A DNA stretch of 64,000 nt from Octopus vulgaris (Eukaryota), in contig OX597816.1 in the NCBI GenBank assembly GCA_951406725.2, forward strand, positions 55,552,001 to 55,616,000. The letters are read 5' to 3'. Shown here piece after piece: positions 57,136 through 64,000 of the stretch. A program made the position numbers and the translations under genes. How positions within the stretch are numbered: position 1 is the stretch's first letter; each line of letters opens with the position of its first letter. The notes beneath the pieces are model-generated. The model was not told the origin of the DNA. It saw only the letters and a program-made list of their open reading frames with translations, and searched no databases.

Positions 57136-57222
57136 TTATTTTCAAGCCCACGGGCATATGGCGTAGTGGTTAAGAGCGCGAGCTATTAACCCCAAGATTC
57201 CGAGTTCTATTCCAGGTAGTGA

Positions 57223-57312
<90 letters not shown>

Positions 57313-57523
57313 TGATAATAACAACAACAACAACAACAACATCGAAAAAGTACCTGAGGAATGGGAACCTAAGTTCGAAATTTTCGCAAGACACCTGATG
57401 AAGGTTGGAAATTATATCAGCCGAAACGTTGTGTTAACAACAGAAAAAGATGAGGACAAATATGTCAAATGTAAATAATGTACATAACGTAATATTTCCT
57501 CGTCTCTTAAATATAGAACTGTA
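56912..57523 (+). mobile_element. Composite element copy 2: inverted HHR tail, (ATT)n, tRNA-like head, (AAT)n, HHR tail
   Basis: Arms 56914-57052 and 57340-57478 are inverted repeats. Head 57152-57227 has A-box TGGCGTAGTGG and B-box GAGTTCTATTCC. Confidence 0.85.
57390..57435 (+). ncRNA. Minimal type I hammerhead ribozyme, core intact
   Basis: GACAC-CTGATGA-A-GGTTG-(10-nt loop)-CAGCC-GAA-ACGT-T-GTGTT: stems I and II pair, palindromic ACGU stem III, GUU triplet. Confidence 0.75.
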
Positions 57524-57643
57524 GAACTGTAGCCAAAAATGCAATGAAACTGGTGCAGCTGTTTTAGAGATTTGAGCCACTCGATGGATCCTTGATTGAA
57601 ACAGCTTGGTTTTCGGAGACAGAGAAGGTAACTGACATGAACT

Positions 57644-57678
<35 letters not shown>

Positions 57679-58461
57679 CAGACTGACTGACTGACATACA
57701 GACAGACAGTAACAATACCAGAATGTTCTAGAAATTGCTGTTTCAGAGCACTACATGTGCACTACTGCTTTTAGCTCCAAGAATGGTGAAAATAATAGCT
57801 TGGTTCACAATCCTCGAAGCCAACAAACAGGATTCTCCTCCCCAACCAACAAGTATTCTCGCCCTATCGCCCTTCTATTTTAATGAAGATAACCATGTGA
57901 GACAAACTGTCTGACAGCTCGAAAAGAAAACAAAAATATCTGTTCTTCCTCACAAGGGGAAAGAACAGCCAAAGAAAAACTCAGCTCCCGCCGGGGAAGT
58001 CTTACTTTCAATGACCTTCGAATAGCCAGCAGACGATTGGTTCACGATTTGAATAATCAAAAAACAACAAAAATATTGGTGATTGGCAACGAACTACAAC
58101 CATGAGCAAAATGTCAATGTTAGAGCTTGAATAAAACAATTAAGGAATCTGTGAAGTATTATATCTTAACCGCCTAAAGTATATATACATTGTCTCCGGT
58201 GCCCTAACAACGGAGGTAATCCTAGGAATATCCGCGACTATATATTTTTCGAGGATATAGAAACAGAAAATATTTTTGAACGTCATGTTTTTGTTATCAA
58301 ACCAAGATCACGGTTCCTCACACATGTGTAGGTTGTAAACTCCTACATGTGTTAAGCTTTATTTATATTATTGATTTACAATTACGTTATTATATATGCA
58401 TTTACATATTTGAATAAATTAAATAAAAATTAATTAGAATATATTGCAGGAATTTCTTGCG

Positions 58462-58536
58462 CGAAGTCTCTCCTTTGTACCCTTGTACGTATTACTCGAA
58501 GTCTCTCCTTTGTACCCTTGTACGTATTACTCGAAG
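58462..58536. repeat. Perfect 35-bp tandem duplication
   Basis: cgaagtctctcctttgtacccttgtacgtattact twice, followed by cgaag. Confidence 0.95.
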
Positions 58537-60296
58537 CTGTTCTCGCAATCCTTTTTTTTTTCTTATACTTTGATTGAATGCGTGAATGCAAGGTAACTGG
58601 AAAATATGATTTTCTTTATCAGTGTAAATATTTTCTTCTGTGGAAGATACGTTGTGTTCTGATCCATAAAATAAATTTTTGTTAGTGGATAGTTTATCTT
58701 TTCAAGAATTAGAATTTCAAAATTTTATTTCGTGTTGATGAGGAACCGACTATATACCTAACGAAGCTGGTCGGTTTCATGTGTCTCTTGTCTTTTTATG
58801 CTATATTTTCAAGAAACATTTGTTACGTGCCCAGCCTTCCGGCATAAATTCTGGGCTGACATCAACCATGCTGTTGTGTTTCAGAACTGGGGTATAGCAC
58901 AGGCTGGAGAGAGGAAAACAACACGGGGTTTGGGATAGGGCGATCGAAAACTATTTCTTCCTTCTCACCCATACACCAACGTAACTAAATTATAGTGTAA
59001 GGCTGGTGTCAGGGTGTAAATGACAGTAGTAGCAGCAGTAACAACAACAACAGCAACGATGACGACGACAACGACAACAACAACAACAACAACAACAACA
59101 GCTACTATTACGAAAATGGGAAAAGCATATCTTGCAGGCACTCCAATGTTTTACTTGTTGTTGTTTTTTTTTTTGTTTTGTCGCAGGCATTCAATTATTT
59201 TCTTCAGATAACCGACAATCTATTCCTTTTCTTCGAAACCTATTCTGTACACATCTATCGCAGTCATTTTCAGTAGTTGTCACTAAATGGCTCTTTTAGT
59301 TAAAGGGAAATCACTCGCTATATCATTTCTATTACAACATTATAACCTCTTCTATACCACATGTTAATGCATTGCCACATTTAAATGCAATTAATGAACG
59401 TTAATTCAAAATTCCGTAGAATGGGATTTCGCGTTCAGCCAGCCATGTTATATATACTCATTACTCACTTTTCCAAACTGTTGAAAAATACAATCTGACT
59501 CGATCTACTGGCAGGTTACCCAAAGAAGGAGATGGAGTGCCTGACTGTAATTTGAATTATAATAATTAGCACAAATCTACATTCTGGTACAGAGTTGTAT
59601 TTCTGCCGTTCGATCATCACTTACATAATATATAGGGCTATGAATAAATCCATCAATTCATTAATCTATGAATAGCGACAATAAAAAATTATCACGTAAG
59701 ATAATCATTTTTTAAAAACAAGTTCTATTTAAATAATATACACCGACAATACTTGAAAATCAAGCACTATTATTGTTACAATCAATATTTAACTCATTAA
59801 ACTGATGTAAAAATATTTAGAAATCAACTTTTTAAAAATATTCCATTCCTGGGATAAGCTTCTTATTTTACACAATCACTGGTTGATTTACATCAATGTT
59901 GTTCTTATTAGGACTAATTAATTTGCTAGAGAGCATAACATTCTGAATTCACGGGATCTTAATATTTGTAATTGGACATATATGACAATCGGTTGGTTTT
60001 GTCATGTCTGTATAGATCTGTTGAGTTTTTGTTTATCTTCACTATATTATTTTCTGCTTCGAGTACTTCTCATTGTCTCGAATACACTATTATATTATAT
60101 AAACCTGAGTATCAGCTTGCCTTAACATTGTGTAGTTATGTGTATGTGAAATAATGCACACAAATATTTAGAAAGAAATATAAATTATGTATAATGGATA
60201 TAATATAAATGGGATAAATATACTATAAATGCTGTATATCAAATGTAGAGATTTGTTTTCAGGGGTGGAGTGAGTAAGCATTATTAATCATTATAC

Positions 60297-60661
60297 TTAT
60301 TTGGCGAGCGTAATGAACTTGAAAGACTTCCATTTGTTATCTATTTGTCCATCGGTCGTTTTACTTCTGTAGACATGCGTTATTAATGGCTGACCCTTTA
60401 AGCAGACTTGGATAATCGAAAACATGGCGTTGATTATAATGTTATGTAAAAACCAGCTGATGTTCTGCATGGCGTCCATCAGCGAACAAAACCAGTTTTG
60501 TATCATCAAACATAACATCACTAAATTGAACTGAGCAGGTATGAAGAAAATACTTCTGCGCATCAATACCCTGTGAGCAAGCAAGAATTAGATTACTATT
60601 CTCATCTTTCTGATATCTGAAATCATACTGGAGAAAGATGTTGCAGCAAGTTGTACAGTAT
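60297..60661 (-). CDS. Candidate downstream exon of an unidentified host gene (stop at 60442, or a frameshift extending it to 60297)
   Basis: Acceptor atatctctacag|A. Frame YCTTCCNIFLQYDFRYQKDENSNLILACSQGIDAQKYFLHTCSVQFSDVMFDDTKLVLFADGRHAEHQLVFT* is in phase with the exon at 61596-61770. Confidence 0.5.
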
Positions 60662-61595
60662 CTGTAGAGATATAAATCTTTAATTTAAAATGCAGACTTT
60701 TCTTTACTTTGTGTCAAATAGTGTCTCTTATAAAAGCAAACGAGAATTAAAATATACTGCTACATTGCATTGTAATCTGTAGAGAATAGTAATATTGCTG
60801 TTGTGTTTTTTTTATTATTTTTCTTTTATTTGACATATTAAAAACAAAATCTGTAGAATAATCTACATCTTTACGGTTTTTTAAAATATAGTTTCAGACA
60901 AAATGACGAGCTAGTGTAATTCTACAATGTTTCGTTCGAATACCATCATTGTGTGAAAATATGCATTCGACAAACTGCAACTTAAATATCTTCATAACAA
61001 CCATTTCCGCTCTAGTTTTACATCAGCGAATCGACAAATGAGTGTAAAGGAACGAAGGAGAATTTCTGCCTTCAGAATTATTTTATATTCAAATGGAAAA
61101 CGTCGGCGATTTCGAGAAATGAAAATAGATTCAAAAACTGAAATCATTTCCATTTAAAGTGTTTCCATATCCATTTTTTACAAATGAGTTTTATGAGACA
61201 AATTCCTCGGCTCGGAGATTAGTTTTTAAAGGAAATTGGAGCTGAATGTCATTTATATATGAACAAAGCGACAGCTAAATGGGATGAGTGGGGAATGGGG
61301 GGTTATGTCGATATTTTAAACGAAGCGTTGTTACAGAAAACAACTTCATTAGGTGTATATGAATAAATGTTACTTTTAAATATAGACGCAGTGTTCAAAA
61401 GATCAGTATTAGATACAGCTGATTGTAAAACAGAAGTGCACCAGCGATTCTCTAAACGTAAGTTCGATGCAAATCAATAGATTTCTATGATGCAGTCAGG
61501 AATACAGATTAATAAATCAAACCTGTCCTTGATTGTTTAAACAATTGATTTCTATATCAGCTTTATTATATAATATTTATAAAGCAATACATTAC

Positions 61596-61770
61596 TTATC
61601 GTCTCTGACATCTTTATTTATTTCTTCAGTCGAATTACTGTCGCACTCTTCCCTCCTACTCATATCCTGAACAGCCATCGCCATCATCATCGACGGCACC
61701 ACAGTATAGATTTCATTGATGTCCTTATTGTATCGTATCAATTTATAGAATCGCTCCATATAGAGTCTCA
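61596..61770 (-). CDS. Candidate internal exon (175 nt) of an unidentified host gene
   Basis: T-rich tract and ggtgcag| acceptor, open frame RLYMERFYKLIRYNKDINEIYTVVPSMMMAMAVQDMSRREECDSNSTEEINKDVRDD, donor AA|gtaatg (phase 2). Confidence 0.55.
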
Positions 61771-62664
61771 CTGCACCGGTAAACATAAACACAAATAAAT
61801 ACAAAGAGTCTCTCATATCGCAATGACAATGATTGTGTTATGCGTCTGCCTGTAGTATCACTTCCTGTTTTGCTTCACATCTTTACCTCTATGTAGGTAT
61901 GTATGTGCATGTGTGTGTGATCAAGTGTGTGTGTGTGTGTGTGTACAGTAAATAAGCATAATATATTTCTCCATTTAAAGACATAACTTATTACATGATT
62001 GAAACGAAAATATGAATTTCCATTCTGTCTGTCTATACTCTCTCTCACATATTTTCTCTCCCCAACCCTCACTCTCACTTTCTCTCTCTCTCCCTCTCTC
62101 ACTCTCTCTTCATATGTGTAATGGAACTTGCGTAGACACGTACACATGCTTCCAAATATACAATATAACAGTATTGTTTTTTATGTGTTTATCTGTCTCT
62201 CTGTATTTACGTATGTCTGCACGTTTGTCATTTTGTTTGTTTGTCTGTCTGTACGTTCTTACGTATGTATGTATGTATGTATGTATGTATGTATGTATGT
62301 ATGTATGTATGTATGTATGTATGTATGTATGTATGTATGTATGTATGTGTGTATGTATGTATGTATGTATGTATATATGTATGTCGCTATCTATCTATAT
62401 TCATGTGTGTTCGTTTGATATTCTTCAGTCTTATTCCAAGATTTCTTACCAATAGAGAAGGAGCCGGTTTCTAACCTAGATTCAAGCTTCTCCGCTGGAA
62501 TTTCAACACCAACAACGAGGGGGGTGTATGTATGTATGCATGCATGTATGTATGCATGTATGTATTGTATGTATGTATGTATGTATGTATACGTGCAGAT
62601 TTGTATGTTTTGTTTTATGTATGTATTATCATACATATAGTTGCATATCTAGACATGCTCATAT

Positions 62665-62883
62665 ATATTTAAATGATAAACTTCTGGAAAGAATTACATA
62701 TATTTACAGTTCCAGTGATGGTTAGAATCTGTAAACTTCGAATCAGTTTCTTCTTTCCGGTTTTGAGAAGCCTAATTTCTCAAGATTGGTATTTAGGAAG
62801 TGTGTTATATATCCCAGGCCCCCAATAATTGCAGGCAGAAGCCTGGACCTGTAATCTAGATAGAGCAACTGCAGTTTTCTCAA
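62665..62883 (-). mobile_element. 3' fragment of an RLE-type non-LTR retrotransposon
   Basis: LRKLQLLYLDYRSRLLPAIIGGLGY matches the C-terminal P.IIGALG motif of restriction-like-endonuclease LINEs. Confidence 0.65.
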
Positions 62884-63390
62884 TGTATGTGTGTGTATGT
62901 GAGTGTGTGTACGCGTGCCTGTGACTTTAAGGATAACCACGTGATCGGTAAAAGTATTTCGTTAACTTATTATTCTTAATTTATTTTCATTTGAGAATGA
63001 CTTTCAGTTGTTTTGAAAAGAAAGAATTACAGAACAGAGGCCAAAAAACTATTTTACTACTTTAGCTTTTGGGTCTTTGTGAATATGTATCCTCTCCCCG
63101 AAAGATGAACAATTAGCTCCCCTGTCACCAATAATAACGATCACCGATTACCTCTCGCTAAATTTGTGTACTTGTTGAATAATTCATTCATAAACTTCTC
63201 ATCATATAACATGGAATAAAATCTTCTTAATAAAATAAGAAATTACAATGATAACAATGTTATGATTAGCGTAAGCGAAACTAGTCGACAAACACAATAT
63301 GAAACATTAAAAATTATATTAAATCTATGAAAGTGTGTGCATTTTCCGTCTTTTATTTTATATATATATATTGCAGTTTATATATTTTTA

Positions 63391-63427
<37 letters not shown>

Positions 63428-63484
63428 ACTCACACACACATACACACAAACACACGCACACACGCACACACGAAAAGCGATAGG

Positions 63485-63643
63485 TTACTTTCAGTAGCTG
63501 TCTTCCAAATCCAGTCATAATCTACTCATAAGGATCTGGTCGACCCGAAGCTATAGTAGAAGATACCTTCTCAAGGTGTGCCACATTGAGACTGAACCCG
63601 AAACCATGTGGTTCGAGAGCAAACGTCTTACCACACAGCCATT
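63485..63643 (-). mobile_element. tRNA-derived SINE, family B (5' part)
   Basis: Reverse complement GGCTGTGTGGTAAGACGTTTGC..ACCACATGGTTTCGGGTTCAGTC matches family B. Confidence 0.75.
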
Positions 63644-64000
63644 ATTCTTTTTTTTTTTCCTTCTTTCAAATTTGCTTCCATTTCTTGCCGAATGTCTTCC
63701 TGACTCCTAGGGCAAAGAAACTCATAGTATACATTGGTAGGCCATTAAACTAAACTCAATAGTTCGTTCATTTTTTTTTAAGTTAAATTAAAATACATGG
63801 GTAGTAATAGTTCTCACATCGACAATGCTCTTCTCAATACGTGTGATGTACCAGTTAAGACAATCTTTTGCACTTCTTGCAGAGATCATTCTCATATAAT
63901 TTTCGGTTCCCTTCTTGATCATTCCTAGTGCTCCTATGATCACTGGTATTGTAACCACCTTGAGATGCCACATTTTCTCAATTTCAATGAGCAGGTCTTT
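63644..64000 (-). mobile_element. 3' end of an R4/Dong-like RLE LINE, running off the window
   Basis: KDLLIEIEKMWHLKVVTIPVIIGALGMIKKG, then a short 3' UTR and A-rich tail. Confidence 0.8.

Noticed and set aside
57152-57227. Functional tRNA gene (also 17608 and 19788)
   Set aside because: A/B boxes are present, but acceptor and anticodon stems are broken and each continues into a repeat body, so these are SINE heads.
58462-58536. 35-bp direct repeat as a regulatory array
   Set aside because: Only two adjacent copies with 5-bp microhomology, so an ordinary slippage duplication or assembly artefact.
58735-58782. Hammerhead at TTGATGA-GGAACCGAC...GTCGGTTTC
   Set aside because: A stem follows the first core half, but there is no GAAA or stem III.

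Overview
AT-rich, microsatellite-saturated eukaryotic DNA. The SINE, mariner and LINE repertoire suggests a coleoid cephalopod such as Octopus, but that is an inference. Most ORFs in the supplied track are artefacts of simple repeats. Recognisable content: (1) two decayed Penelope-like retroelements (PLEs), one with a Ulp1/SENP-like protease domain upstream of RT and GIY-YIG; (2) four Tc1/mariner remnants; (3) a Mutator-like long-TIR element nested in a PLE; (4) two 3' fragments of RLE-type LINEs; (5) many tRNA-derived SINEs; (6) about a dozen short PLE-end-like pieces with minimal type I hammerhead-ribozyme (HHR) motifs, often as fold-back inverted repeats inside microsatellites; (7) two phase-compatible minus-strand candidate exons of an unidentified host gene near 60-62 kb. 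The most notable structure occurs twice (44.5-45.7 kb and 56.9-57.5 kb): a tRNA-derived Pol III head, an (AAT)n tract, a hammerhead-bearing PLE-type tail, and an upstream inverted copy of that tail. This is a candidate SINE mobilised by Penelope-like elements rather than by LINEs. All calls come from reading the sequence by eye, and decayed-element boundaries are approximate.
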